Source: Candidatus Heimdallarchaeota archaeon
GTDB taxonomy: Archaea > Asgardarchaeota > Heimdallarchaeia > JABLTI01
DNA: 64,000 bases
Direction: 5' to 3'
Assembly: GCA_018238155.1 (NCBI GenBank)
Contig: JABCTZ010000017.1
Coordinates: 116,949 to 180,948 of the forward strand
Shown here: one piece after another, positions 11,327-21,456 of the stretch
How the letters are laid out: each line of letters starts with the position of its first letter
Numbering within the stretch: position 1 is the stretch's first letter
Notes under the pieces: model-generated
What the model was told of the DNA's origin: nothing
The model's database searches: none
What the model saw: only the letters and a program-made list of their open reading frames with translations
Position numbers and translations under genes: made by a program

Positions 11327-12259
11327 ATGTCATTTGGTAAATACAAGAATAAAGTAACATATATTCTAATTGCATTAATCTTTGTAGGAACTGGATTCGG
11401 TTTCCTTGTGGGGTGGCTTGCGTTTAATAGTGGTGGTGGAGGTGAAACACATATACTAAATATTCAAGGGTCTACTACAGTAGAAAAAGTATGTACCCTA
11501 TCTGCTATTCCTTTTATGGGTGCACATCCGAGTATTCAGCTTACCGTTTCTGGTACAGGATCTGGGGCAGGAATTGGAACCCTTATTAATGGTCAATGTG
11601 ATGTCGCAATGTCTTCTCGAGCAGTGAAGTCTGCTGAAAATGAAACCGCTCATACAAGAACAGGCATCTGGTTGCGCCAATTTGCAGTTGCTAAAGACGG
11701 GCTGGCACTTATCGTTAATAATGATGCTACTAGCACTTTAGATCTTAGTGTTGATATAATCAAGGCAATTTTTAACGGCACAATTTCTAATTGGAATGAT
11801 ATATCTTTGCCAGATATAGGTTTTTCAGGTGAAATTCAAGTAGTCGTTAGAGAAGAAGGTTCAGGAACAAGAGATGCATTCAATAGTTTGATTATGGGTG
11901 ATGAAGACCAAGAATTTCCAGATAGTCAATACGTTGGTGATGCTTTGCCTATGACCAGTAATCAGATGATATTTGATGAAGTTAATACCAACCCTCAAGC
12001 AATTGGTTATGTTGGACTTGGATATCTTGGTGAAGGTGTTGAAACTGTGTATGTAGATGGAGTAGAACCTACAGTCGAATCAATTATTGATTTAACCTAT
12101 TTAATTCAGAGAGAACTTTATTTAGTGACGCTTGGTACTCCAGAACCTGATTCCCTAACTTGGGAATACATAAATTGGCACTTTAGCCCAGAAGGACAGT
12201 ATTATGTCTTTGAATCTGGTTTTATCAATGTTCGAGATAAACGAGATAATGGTATATAA
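11327..12259 (+). CDS. pstS: Phosphate-binding protein PstS, copy 2
   Basis: Same motifs as copy 1; directly upstream of pstC. Confidence 0.92.
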   Translation: MSFGKYKNKVTYILIALIFVGTGFGFLVGWLAFNSGGGGETHILNIQGSTTVEKVCTLSAIPFMGAHPSIQLTVSGTGSGAGIGTLINGQCDVAMSSRAVKSAENETAHTRTGIWLRQFAVAKDGLALIVNNDATSTLDLSVDIIKAIFNGTISNWNDISLPDIGFSGEIQVVVREEGSGTRDAFNSLIMGDEDQEFPDSQYVGDALPMTSNQMIFDEVNTNPQAIGYVGLGYLGEGVETVYVDGVEPTVESIIDLTYLIQRELYLVTLGTPEPDSLTWEYINWHFSPEGQYYVFESGFINVRDKRDNGI

Positions 12260-12283
12260 GAAAAAAGCCTCGAGGTATTTTGA

Positions 12284-13264
12284 TTGTCTGAAAAAACTAG
12301 CTCATTGGTTAACATGAATGAAAATGATACGAATGAAGATGGACTCAATTCAATCCTTGATGTGAATAGAGTACTTGCCATTGGTATACATAAAACTTCA
12401 TGGCAACAAGTAATACTATTGCTCGCAGCAAGTTTATCCGTTATAATTGTGTTTCTAATCTTTATTTTCACGTTCATAAATGGTTTTCAAATAATACCTG
12501 AATATGGTCTTTTTAAGTTCCTATTTGGTGATTTTTGGAATCCTGATATTGAATTTGGCATTTTTCCTATGATTCTCGGGAGCTTTCTAGTTGTTCTAAT
12601 TGCACTTGTTATTGCTGTTCCAGTAGGTGTTTCATGTGCTGTGTATCTTTCTGAACTAGCACCTGAAATTGTCCGAAAAATAATGAAACCAACAATTGAA
12701 TTATTAGCAAGCATACCCTCTATCGTTTACGGATTCATTGCTTTGAGAACAATAGTTCTATTTTTCCAAGACGTTTTAGGATTTAAAACTGGACGGACTG
12801 CTTTTACCGCCGGATTGGTTTTATCTATTATGATTCTCCCAACGATTATTTCAATTGCTGATGATGCAATTAAAGCTGTTCCACAAAGATACCGAGAAGG
12901 GTCTCTTGCACTTGGAGCAACACAGTGGCAAACTATCCGTAAGGTGATACTACCTGCTTCTGTTTCTGGTTTGACTGCGGCAATTATTCTTGGATTTGGT
13001 CGAGCAATCGGGGAAACGATGGCTATCTACATTATTGGTGGTGGTGCAACAGCGCTTCCTAAACCATTTTTCAATATCTTTCAACCAATAGATACTCTAA
13101 CTTCTCTCATTGTTCGAGAATTGGGTGAAGCAGCTGTAGGTTCAACAGAATATCACGCAATTTTCGGTGTTGCTTGTGTACTATTTGTAATTACATTTGT
13201 AGTAAATCTAATCGGTGATATAATCATAAAACGATTTGCAAAGAAATTAAAGGGTGGATCATAA
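12284..13264 (+). CDS. pstC: Phosphate ABC transporter permease PstC
   Basis: ELLASIPSIVYG, EGSLALGAT.WQTI, GRAIGETMA. Confidence 0.93.
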   Translation: MSEKTSSLVNMNENDTNEDGLNSILDVNRVLAIGIHKTSWQQVILLLAASLSVIIVFLIFIFTFINGFQIIPEYGLFKFLFGDFWNPDIEFGIFPMILGSFLVVLIALVIAVPVGVSCAVYLSELAPEIVRKIMKPTIELLASIPSIVYGFIALRTIVLFFQDVLGFKTGRTAFTAGLVLSIMILPTIISIADDAIKAVPQRYREGSLALGATQWQTIRKVILPASVSGLTAAIILGFGRAIGETMAIYIIGGGATALPKPFFNIFQPIDTLTSLIVRELGEAAVGSTEYHAIFGVACVLFVITFVVNLIGDIIIKRFAKKLKGGS

Positions 13265-14205
13265 TGAATGACAATGTACAGAAAATTGATCATCAACCAT
13301 CAGCAGTAGAGAAGCAATCATTTGATGAGCTACCTCGCAGAAAACGCATTCTCTCTCCCAAACAAGGACAAAAAACTGCTTATGTAATGCTAGTGTCATC
13401 CGCAGTATTCATCTTTCTTGTAATTGCAGTATTCTTGGGCTACATCATAGTAAATGGTTTGGCAAATTTTAGTTTTAGATTAGTATTCTCACCTTTTAAC
13501 CCCACAACCGATCAGTATGGAATAGGTCCAGCTATTTTGGGGACATTCATTTTGGTATTGGGTTCAGTAGCAATTGCATTACCATTAGGTATTCTTGCAG
13601 CAATCTATCTTACAGAATATACTAAGGAGGGTGTAATTGTAAATATCATTGATCAGGGAATAAACAATCTTGCAGGAGTGCCATCGGTCGTTATCGGTAT
13701 TTTTGGTTATACATTCTTTAGCATTTTCTTGAAAATAGGTCAGTCAATAATAGCCGGATGGTTAACCTTGGCTTGTATGCTGTTACCAACAATAATTAGA
13801 ACCTCTCAAGAAGCACTAAAAAGTGTACCACATGAATACAGAGAAGGCAGTCTAGCTTTAGGAATAACAAAGTGGCGGACAATAAGGTATGTTGTTCTTC
13901 CTTCAGCGTTGCCTGGGATTTTAACTGGTGCTATTTTATCTTTAGGGCGAGCTGCTGGAGAGACTGCCGCAATTCTATTCGTTGGTTCTGGAGCACTGTT
14001 CCTAAAATGGTTCGGTGGTTTCACTGGAACCTTTACCACTCTACCTTACATGATTTTGCATTTGTATCGCTCGAGTGGAGGATGGGAGCAGGTTGGGTCT
14101 GTTATGTGGCTTATTGCTTTTGTATTAATGCTTGTAGTATTTGGCTTCAATGCTGTTGCTATGATTGTTCGAAGTAAATTTGAGAAGAAACGTTCTGGAA
14201 ATTAG
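13264..14205 (+). CDS. pstA: Phosphate ABC transporter permease PstA
   Basis: LAGVPSVVIG, EGSLALG, GRAAGETAA. Confidence 0.93.
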   Translation: MNDNVQKIDHQPSAVEKQSFDELPRRKRILSPKQGQKTAYVMLVSSAVFIFLVIAVFLGYIIVNGLANFSFRLVFSPFNPTTDQYGIGPAILGTFILVLGSVAIALPLGILAAIYLTEYTKEGVIVNIIDQGINNLAGVPSVVIGIFGYTFFSIFLKIGQSIIAGWLTLACMLLPTIIRTSQEALKSVPHEYREGSLALGITKWRTIRYVVLPSALPGILTGAILSLGRAAGETAAILFVGSGALFLKWFGGFTGTFTTLPYMILHLYRSSGGWEQVGSVMWLIAFVLMLVVFGFNAVAMIVRSKFEKKRSGN

Positions 14206-14310
14206 CTTTTATTCTAATCTCCATTGATTGCTTTTTAGATGGTCTGTCTACTTTTAGCAGCATTTCTTATAAAAAAAATAATACCAATGAAAAGTATCCT
14301 CTTAGTGAAT

Positions 14311-15006
14311 TTATTCTTCGGTGACATTTTCATCAGATTTAACATCAGCTTCTTCATCTTTAATGAGATATTTGTGGTTATAACTGAAGGTCTTAATAAT
14401 ATGAACGATTTTTTCTCCAACGGCTATCATTTCTCGTAATGATTTATTCAGTGCATTACCAATAAACACTTCTGGTTCTTCAAATGAGATTTCACAGACA
14501 CCATCTTGGTCGCAGAATTTAAACTCAAATAATCCATCAATGATTTCGTTACAAATGATATTTAGCTCGTCAACTTTCTCTAATGAGTCATTATAGTTGC
14601 GATATAGTTCCTTTATTGCTTCATACAATAATTTCCCTGCTTTGGAAACTTCTTTGAGAATGATCACAAGTTTTTCATATGTTGGTTTCTTCATATCGTT
14701 AACGTGTGTATTCATAACTTCTCTGATTTCCTTACTATGAGTAGAAACAGCATTGATTCTCTCAAATAGTTGAAACTTCTCAATTTCTATCTTAGTATCA
14801 ACTTCTCCTTCCTTCATTAATTTTAACAATTCTCCACGGATACCCTTTTCTTCTATTTCAAGAATATCAAGCGTGAGACAATGAATTTTAGTATTACATT
14901 CCACATATAAAGACTCAAAATATTTGCTTGGTATGAAGGATAATTGAATTATTTTTTCTTCTATTCTTCTTTGTATAGTTCTAAATCCAAGTAATCTTCT
15001 GAACAT
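14311..15006 (-). CDS. Divergent DUF47/PhoU-like helical protein
   Basis: Helical protein coupled to the PiT gene; weak resemblance to DUF47 paralog at 16057; start set at MFRRLLG. Confidence 0.55.
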   Translation of the reverse strand: MFRRLLGFRTIQRRIEEKIIQLSFIPSKYFESLYVECNTKIHCLTLDILEIEEKGIRGELLKLMKEGEVDTKIEIEKFQLFERINAVSTHSKEIREVMNTHVNDMKKPTYEKLVIILKEVSKAGKLLYEAIKELYRNYNDSLEKVDELNIICNEIIDGLFEFKFCDQDGVCEISFEEPEVFIGNALNKSLREMIAVGEKIVHIIKTFSYNHKYLIKDEEADVKSDENVTEE

Positions 15007-15008
15007 TC

Positions 15009-16007
15009 TTAGAACAACCCCCGGATTGCATAAAAGCATCCTACTGCAATTAGACCACTAATAATTGGTGTCAAAATAACAAAGAGAACGATCAATCTCA
15101 CCGTTTTATAATTGAGTGGTTTATTCATACCTACCCCCGCACCCATGAAACTGGAAACTAAGACCATCGTTCCCGATACAGGTATGCCGATTATTACTGC
15201 AAAGAATACAACAACAGCTGCAGAACCTTCTGTAACAAAAGCTGATTCAGGAGTCAATTCTACAACATCATTTCCTAGTGTTTTCAAGACTCTCCAACCA
15301 ATGATAATTAATCCTAAACCTAAGCCTACTCCTCCAATTAATAATGGCAGTCTTTCATACCAATATCCTCCTCCTCCAAAAAGTGGAACAATAGGTGCAA
15401 TAGCGTTATTGATATCATTTCCTGCACGAGATAATCCTGTCCAAACAACCATAACTAACAGCAAAACACCAAATACGTTATTGGCGGATTCATGTTGTCT
15501 GAAACTTTTAACGGTCCTACCTAGAATTACTCTAACAAATTTCATTATAAGAAAAGATATCGTGAACCCAATAATTGGAGATATTAACCAAGTTATTAAG
15601 ACTTTACCCATACCTGTCATGCTCCAATCTACTTTGTATCCTAAAGCAAATGACAGACCAATAATTGACCCAACCAATGCTTCAGTAGATGAAATAGGCA
15701 AACCGAATACTGAGGCAAGAATTAAGCTAATTGCCATAGCAACATATATTGATATTAAAATCGGGTATTGATTGACCTCATCAATAAATAATTGTGGAGA
15801 AATATCATCACGCAATGTTTTACCCACTTGATCTGATAGGAAAAATCCACCAATAATTGCTATGACAGCACCCATTAACACTGCCGTCTTAACTGAAAGT
15901 CTCTTTACTCCTACAACTGAAGCAAACGTTTCATCATTAGCACCAATTGCAAACGCTAATAGCAGAGAGATTATTATTAGGACAATTAACATTACGACGC
16001 TTACCAT
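15009..16007 (-). CDS. Inorganic phosphate transporter, PiT family
   Basis: GAND, LPISST, AGNDINNA, IPVSGT; multi-TM. Confidence 0.9.
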   Translation of the reverse strand: MVSVVMLIVLIIISLLLAFAIGANDETFASVVGVKRLSVKTAVLMGAVIAIIGGFFLSDQVGKTLRDDISPQLFIDEVNQYPILISIYVAMAISLILASVFGLPISSTEALVGSIIGLSFALGYKVDWSMTGMGKVLITWLISPIIGFTISFLIMKFVRVILGRTVKSFRQHESANNVFGVLLLVMVVWTGLSRAGNDINNAIAPIVPLFGGGGYWYERLPLLIGGVGLGLGLIIIGWRVLKTLGNDVVELTPESAFVTEGSAAVVVFFAVIIGIPVSGTMVLVSSFMGAGVGMNKPLNYKTVRLIVLFVILTPIISGLIAVGCFYAIRGLF

Positions 16008-16056
16008 TTGAACAACCCAAGATTTCTGATTAACTGCTAGTGATAGATGTCATAGT

Positions 16057-16731
16057 CTATATCTCACTAATGACGATGGAACGTAACACATCTGAGGCAT
16101 CTTCAACAGCATTTGCCGCTTTTTCAATATCTCTCATTGCATGGTCAAAAATTATTAAACCACCGAAATTATCGTTATGTTTGCTATAATCGAAATAATG
16201 GCTTTTTAATCTTGTATATAATCCATCGACTTGATGTTCTAAGAAACTAATCTCTGTTGTAATATCAACTGTACGATGAATGTCATTTCGATAAACAGAT
16301 AATGCTTCAGCTAATTTCTCTGTAGCCATATTTACAATTTCAACAGCCTTTTCAATATCATCAAAAATATGTTCTGATAGTTTTACTTTATGAAGAATAA
16401 GCGCATTTATACCTGCTCTTTTTGCAAAGTTAGCTATTTCATCAGCTCTCTTAATAAAAGTCAGTATATTTGATCTAAGCTTTGTTTTGAGCGTACCTCT
16501 AGTAAGCTCTAACCACATTTCAGATAACAATTTATCAGCAGCGTTTTCTTCAGCAGACATATTTCCAACTTCACGTTCTAGATTTGAAAAATCTCCTTTT
16601 CGCCAAGCTGTTACTGCTCGCATTAATGACTTAGTAACTAATTGTACTCGTGATAAATGAGCTATCATTTTACCTTGGATTTCATCTTCTGCACGTTTTC
16701 TAAGAAAACCACTTATTCTTGTTCTTCCCAT
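16057..16731 (-). CDS. DUF47 family PiT-associated phosphate transport regulator
   Basis: EENAAD, ADEIAN, LEHQVD, AANAVEDASD; adjacent to PiT. Confidence 0.85.
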   Translation of the reverse strand: MGRTRISGFLRKRAEDEIQGKMIAHLSRVQLVTKSLMRAVTAWRKGDFSNLEREVGNMSAEENAADKLLSEMWLELTRGTLKTKLRSNILTFIKRADEIANFAKRAGINALILHKVKLSEHIFDDIEKAVEIVNMATEKLAEALSVYRNDIHRTVDITTEISFLEHQVDGLYTRLKSHYFDYSKHNDNFGGLIIFDHAMRDIEKAANAVEDASDVLRSIVISEI

Positions 16732-16922
16732 TATGTTTTACCACCAAACATTTGATTGCCGTATACTTTGATTTTAGCTACAACAATTACAACTAAATAA
16801 AAAAGTTCCCATTAAGTTTCAGAACAAAATTTAGTTACTTGCCGCTAAATCCTTCTTTGTGATAATGGAAAATGTTGAATAATTAAATTAAAAAAAGAGA
16901 AGAGGAAAGCCCTCTTAAATTT

Positions 16923-18167
16923 CTAGAGACCATTCGGGCTGGTACCTATTGGTGAAGTAGAAATACTAAATTCAATACAATAACGACAGCTACCAACATC
17001 CAAGTAGTACCACCACCACCAACCAGTATTTACAAAATCTAACATTGAATCTGACCAATAGTTAAATGCTGGAAATTGATCATCCCTATCTGGCCAGGAA
17101 TCATCTTCCCAAGCTTGGACATTAATTTTCAATGGATGTGTTTTAGGAATTAGTACGCTTGCCATTGTTTTCTTCCAATAAATGTATCCTCTTCCATTGC
17201 GTTTTGTGATACCATGGAAGCTTTTTGTGACATATCCAGAACCACCCCAACCGTCACCAACATACCATTTCATGTACATTTCACCAGCACCTTTAGGCCA
17301 AGGATCGGAATCTGTTTCATAGTAAACACCTACTAGATTAATTTCAACATAATAGCAATCTTCTGCACTCCAATCACTTGTTGTAATAACGTAAGTATTA
17401 CTGTCTTCATAGAGATCTGATGGTGAAATTCCATAAGCAGTTGTCCAAGACCAACTGTTACCATCTGGATCGAGATCAATGCCAAATAAGTCCTTGTAAG
17501 CAGCCCAAGCAAGCTCAGAGCAATACCAACCGTCTACTCCTGAGAGTCTATTTGTACTGTCAATTTGTTTAGAAGTCCAACCCCAATCGTAGTTTGGACC
17601 AACTGGATTGCCATCAGTTCCACCTGCAAGTTTTGATTTACACCAATCAACTGCTTGTTGTCTTTGAGCATTGTTAACTCCACTTACTCTAAGAGCTACT
17701 GCAGTATCTGCATGTTCATTAACACCTGTTAACCATGTTGAGTATCCTAATCCATTTCCTGCGTTGTCGCTTTTTGTTGAGTGAATAACGTACGGAGTGC
17801 TTGCTGCCATCCATTCGTGATTGTCTCTATCCCAAATATATTGACCTGATTGTACAAATCCACAAAAAATTTCGGTATGAGAAAATTCTCCGGGAATGAG
17901 ATAATCAAAAAATGTTCCCGCAGTTCCTAATACAATAATATCTCCTGGGACAAGTCCATTATAATTGAGGCTATTCATGCCATCGTTAGCAAAAGTAGGA
18001 GTATATTCTATTTGGTTTTCTTTAGCAAAATCCTCTACTTGGTTGTCTTCATCATCAAACGTTTCAACATCTGTCATGCTTGTTCCTGTGATAGTTGTAC
18101 CAACAAACATTAGAGATGCACTAAAAAGCAATATTAAACATATTGCACTAAGTTTTCCTCTTGTCAT
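16923..18167 (-). CDS. Secreted permuted papain-like (YiiX/YebB-type NlpC/P60) protein with C-terminal beta-rich domain
   Basis: Signal peptide; PGDII, FSHTEI, YCSELAW motifs. Confidence 0.75.
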   Translation of the reverse strand: MTRGKLSAICLILLFSASLMFVGTTITGTSMTDVETFDDEDNQVEDFAKENQIEYTPTFANDGMNSLNYNGLVPGDIIVLGTAGTFFDYLIPGEFSHTEIFCGFVQSGQYIWDRDNHEWMAASTPYVIHSTKSDNAGNGLGYSTWLTGVNEHADTAVALRVSGVNNAQRQQAVDWCKSKLAGGTDGNPVGPNYDWGWTSKQIDSTNRLSGVDGWYCSELAWAAYKDLFGIDLDPDGNSWSWTTAYGISPSDLYEDSNTYVITTSDWSAEDCYYVEINLVGVYYETDSDPWPKGAGEMYMKWYVGDGWGGSGYVTKSFHGITKRNGRGYIYWKKTMASVLIPKTHPLKINVQAWEDDSWPDRDDQFPAFNYWSDSMLDFVNTGWWWWYYLDVGSCRYCIEFSISTSPIGTSPNGL

Positions 18168-18353
18168 AACTTTAACACCCTATATGCGATTCTAAAGTTA
18201 AGAGATGTTTAGCTTTAAACATAACCAAAAATATTCTTAGCTTTTACGGTAAAAACAAAAGCCATTTTTGTCGTCAAGATAATTGTTTTCTTCAGAAGTT
18301 TTTTATAGGAATTCTCTTCTCAATCAATTTATCTTTGAGTATGTTGTGAGATT

Positions 18354-19361
18354 ATGAATTCAAAAGCAGCAATTGCTACTACAAGTTCTCATTCCTCTCT
18401 TTATAATATCGTTCCTGGAGCAATAGAAGAGGGATTAGATGTTTATGTTGTCTGTTTTGACCGAGATTGGGAACTATGGTCTCAGTATCCCGATTTAATG
18501 AAAAAAATCCATATTTTGAGAGTAAATAATTATTCGGATGCTCAAAGTACCATTCGAAAATTCAATGCTATTGACAAGGATACAGTTATTATTCCCCATG
18601 GTTCATTTGTTCGTTATTTATCTGTCGAGCAATTGAAGCTATTAAAACATCCAATACTAGGTGGAGTGAAAATCCTTGCTTATGAAGGTGATCGAGATAG
18701 GAATTCTGATTTACTTTCTGCTTCTGATATTACTACACCAAAAATTTTCCAAAAAGCATCACAGATTGACCGACCTGTTGTGGTTAAATTACATGGGGCA
18801 GAGGGTGGCAAAGGATATTTCATTGCCAATGATAAGGAAGATTTCAATAAAAAGAAGAAAGGAAAAAAGGTTAATTTCATACAAGAATATGTTAGTGGAG
18901 TATCTATTTATGCTCATTACTTCAGTTCACCTATTGAAGGTAGATGTGAGCTACTGGGATTTGATCGTCGTTTAGAATCAAATGTTAATTCACAATATCT
19001 TGCTCCATCTGAGGACCCATCATTTACAGTTGTTGGCAATGTTCCAATTGCCGTGCGCGAATCGTTAGTTCCTGAATATCATAGAATGGGGCGCAATTTC
19101 GTAGAACAAACAGGATTAGTGGGACCATTTTGTATAGAAACAATTTGTTCTCCTGAACCGAAAATTTATGCCTTTGAATTCTCAGGTAGAATTGTTGCCG
19201 GAACAACTGTTTGGGTACCTTATGGAAATACATATGCTAATTTGCTCTGGAATGAGCCGATGTATATGGGTAAGCGCATTGCCCGAGAAATCAAGAAAGC
19301 TTATGAGTCTGATAGTTTGGATTTACTTACAGTTGATTCACCAAATTTAGAGGAGATATAA
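18354..19361 (+). CDS. purP: PurP-like ATP-grasp protein (FAICAR synthetase family), paralog A
   Basis: SHSSL, IPHGSFV.Y, GGKGYF, GNVPIAVRESL, GPFCIE, EFSGRIVAGT, MGKRIAREIK. Confidence 0.8.
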   Translation: MNSKAAIATTSSHSSLYNIVPGAIEEGLDVYVVCFDRDWELWSQYPDLMKKIHILRVNNYSDAQSTIRKFNAIDKDTVIIPHGSFVRYLSVEQLKLLKHPILGGVKILAYEGDRDRNSDLLSASDITTPKIFQKASQIDRPVVVKLHGAEGGKGYFIANDKEDFNKKKKGKKVNFIQEYVSGVSIYAHYFSSPIEGRCELLGFDRRLESNVNSQYLAPSEDPSFTVVGNVPIAVRESLVPEYHRMGRNFVEQTGLVGPFCIETICSPEPKIYAFEFSGRIVAGTTVWVPYGNTYANLLWNEPMYMGKRIAREIKKAYESDSLDLLTVDSPNLEEI

Positions 19362-19365
19362 ATCA

Positions 19366-20628
19366 TTGATTAAAAGAGAAGAGATGCAACAAATCGTTAG
19401 CGAGTACAAAGGCAAACCAACAATAGTTATTTTTGGAAGTCACTCTGCACTCGAAACTGGTCTTTCATCAAAGAAGATGGGTTTATCTAATATTGTTATA
19501 GTTAAAAAAGGACGAGAACGTCAATATATCGAAGAACAAAGCCATCTCTTTGATAAAGCAATAGTTGTAGATGATTGGAAACAAATGCTTGATGAATCCA
19601 TTCAAAAGAAATTGTTAGAAATGAACGGGTTAATCATTCCTAATCGTTCTATGGTTGTGTATTTAACAGCAAAACGGATTGAAGAGGAATTACGGATACC
19701 TATGTACGGCAGTCGTACAATGCTCAAAAGTGAAGACAGAACAACTAATGAGAAAGAATACCTCGATCAATACGCTCTAATGGAAAAAGCATCTATTCGT
19801 TCTCCTAGAGAAATAAACAAAGATAATTTAGATATCATTGGTCCTAACAAAGAGGTTCCTGTTGCTCTAGTAAAAGTGCAACAAGCAGGTAATCCTCTCG
19901 AGAGAGCTTTCTTCTATATCACTTCTGAAGAAGATTACCATAATCAAGTTGTTACCATGAAAGAAAAGGGTCTAATTGATGATGAAACATTGGAAGAAGC
20001 GCGAATTGAAGAATTTATTATTGGTCCATATTTCAATTGTAATGGTTGGGCTTCTGGCTTAGGAAAAAGCCTCGCTAAAAAACATCAATTATCTGATGGT
20101 ATTAATTGGTTGGATTTAAATCGAGATCCTTTTGAGAACCCTGTTGTAGCGTGGGATTTTGTTGGATTTGGTCAAAGAATGCAAACAAATAGCAATGGTT
20201 TCTTGAATTTACCTGCAAAGATCCAATTACAAATAGGTGATAAAATCAAAATTAAAAATGAAGAAATTGGCCATACAATGGCTACAATGCGCGAATCGAA
20301 AATGAATGAAGTTGTAGGTTCAATTCCAAAATTCCTTGCTATCGCAGATAAATATTATCCTCCTGGAATGATTGGGTTATTTGGCTTACAAGGCGCAATA
20401 CCTATTGATCCTAAGACCAATAAACCGGAGTTTGTTGTTTTTGATGTTAGCATGCGCGTTCCAGGTGACCCTGCTGTTGCAGCAAGTCCACAAATGAACA
20501 GTTTAACTTTGAAATATCAGAAATACTTACCAAAAGGTGTTCATCAAATTACTTCTCCAATTGACATACCAATGCTTGAAATTCTCCAAGCATTCAAAAT
20601 TGGACAACAATCACAAATAGTAACTTAG
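19366..20628 (+). CDS. PurP-like ATP-grasp protein, paralog B
   Basis: GSHSAL, IPNRSMVVY, LERAFF, TMRES, PPGMIGLFGLQ, DVSMRVPG. Confidence 0.8.
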   Translation: MIKREEMQQIVSEYKGKPTIVIFGSHSALETGLSSKKMGLSNIVIVKKGRERQYIEEQSHLFDKAIVVDDWKQMLDESIQKKLLEMNGLIIPNRSMVVYLTAKRIEEELRIPMYGSRTMLKSEDRTTNEKEYLDQYALMEKASIRSPREINKDNLDIIGPNKEVPVALVKVQQAGNPLERAFFYITSEEDYHNQVVTMKEKGLIDDETLEEARIEEFIIGPYFNCNGWASGLGKSLAKKHQLSDGINWLDLNRDPFENPVVAWDFVGFGQRMQTNSNGFLNLPAKIQLQIGDKIKIKNEEIGHTMATMRESKMNEVVGSIPKFLAIADKYYPPGMIGLFGLQGAIPIDPKTNKPEFVVFDVSMRVPGDPAVAASPQMNSLTLKYQKYLPKGVHQITSPIDIPMLEILQAFKIGQQSQIVT

Positions 20629-20700
20629 ACATTGACCTTTAATCTCTCGTACGAGATTGAGGGAAAAGTTATTATCGCTTGTTAAATTTAACAATGATTT

Positions 20701-21456
20701 ATGAGTTTACAAAACCAAGAAATCATTCCTACAAATTGTTTGTTTTCACTCAAAGCGGTTGATTTTACAATTAATGGTAAGAAAATACTTTCAGATATTT
20801 CAATCGATTTGGAGCCTGGTGTTGTGACCGGAATAATTGGTCCTTCAGGTGCCGGTAAAAGTACCCTTCTTTCATTATTGAATAAACTTCTTTCTCCAAC
20901 GGGCGGTGAAATATTTTTTGATGGAAGAAATCTTTCTTCATTTCCATCCCAAGAATTACGGAAGTTGGTGGGAATGGTTCAGCAACGTCCACATCTATTT
21001 GCAGGAACAATTAGATATAATCTTGAATATGGACCAAAAATTTGGCAAATAGATTATTCAGATGAAGATTTATTTAAGTTAATGTCAAAAGTAGCTTTAC
21101 CGGCTGATTTTTTAGACAGAGAAATTGATGGTCTTTCCGGAGGTGAGCAACAGCGTGTAAGTTTTGCAAGAAGCTTGGCAAATCAACCTTGCGTTTTATT
21201 GTTGGATGAACCAACAAGTGCTTTAGACATTATATCCTCAGAGATCATTGAAAATACAATTAAACAATTAGCAAAGGAAGGAATGAAAATTATTATTGTC
21301 ACTCATTCTCTACAACAAACACAAGATTTGACTGAACAATTACTATTCTTAAAAGACGGTTGTTTTATTGAGAAAACCTCTACAATTGATTTCTTCAAAA
21401 AATATGATGAAGAAGAAATTAGAACTTTTTTCAAATCCAAAACGGAGGGAAAATAA
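20701..21456 (+). CDS. ABC transporter ATP-binding protein (YbbL/FetA-like)
   Basis: GPSGAGKST, LSGGEQQR, LLDEPTSALD; coupled to a UPF0014 permease. Confidence 0.85.
   Translation: MSLQNQEIIPTNCLFSLKAVDFTINGKKILSDISIDLEPGVVTGIIGPSGAGKSTLLSLLNKLLSPTGGEIFFDGRNLSSFPSQELRKLVGMVQQRPHLFAGTIRYNLEYGPKIWQIDYSDEDLFKLMSKVALPADFLDREIDGLSGGEQQRVSFARSLANQPCVLLLDEPTSALDIISSEIIENTIKQLAKEGMKIIIVTHSLQQTQDLTEQLLFLKDGCFIEKTSTIDFFKKYDEEEIRTFFKSKTEGK

Noticed and set aside
15112-15771. 219-aa + strand ORF (likewise 34291-34827 and other antisense ORFs in the core region)
   Set aside because: Antisense shadows of PiT, purL and other clear genes.
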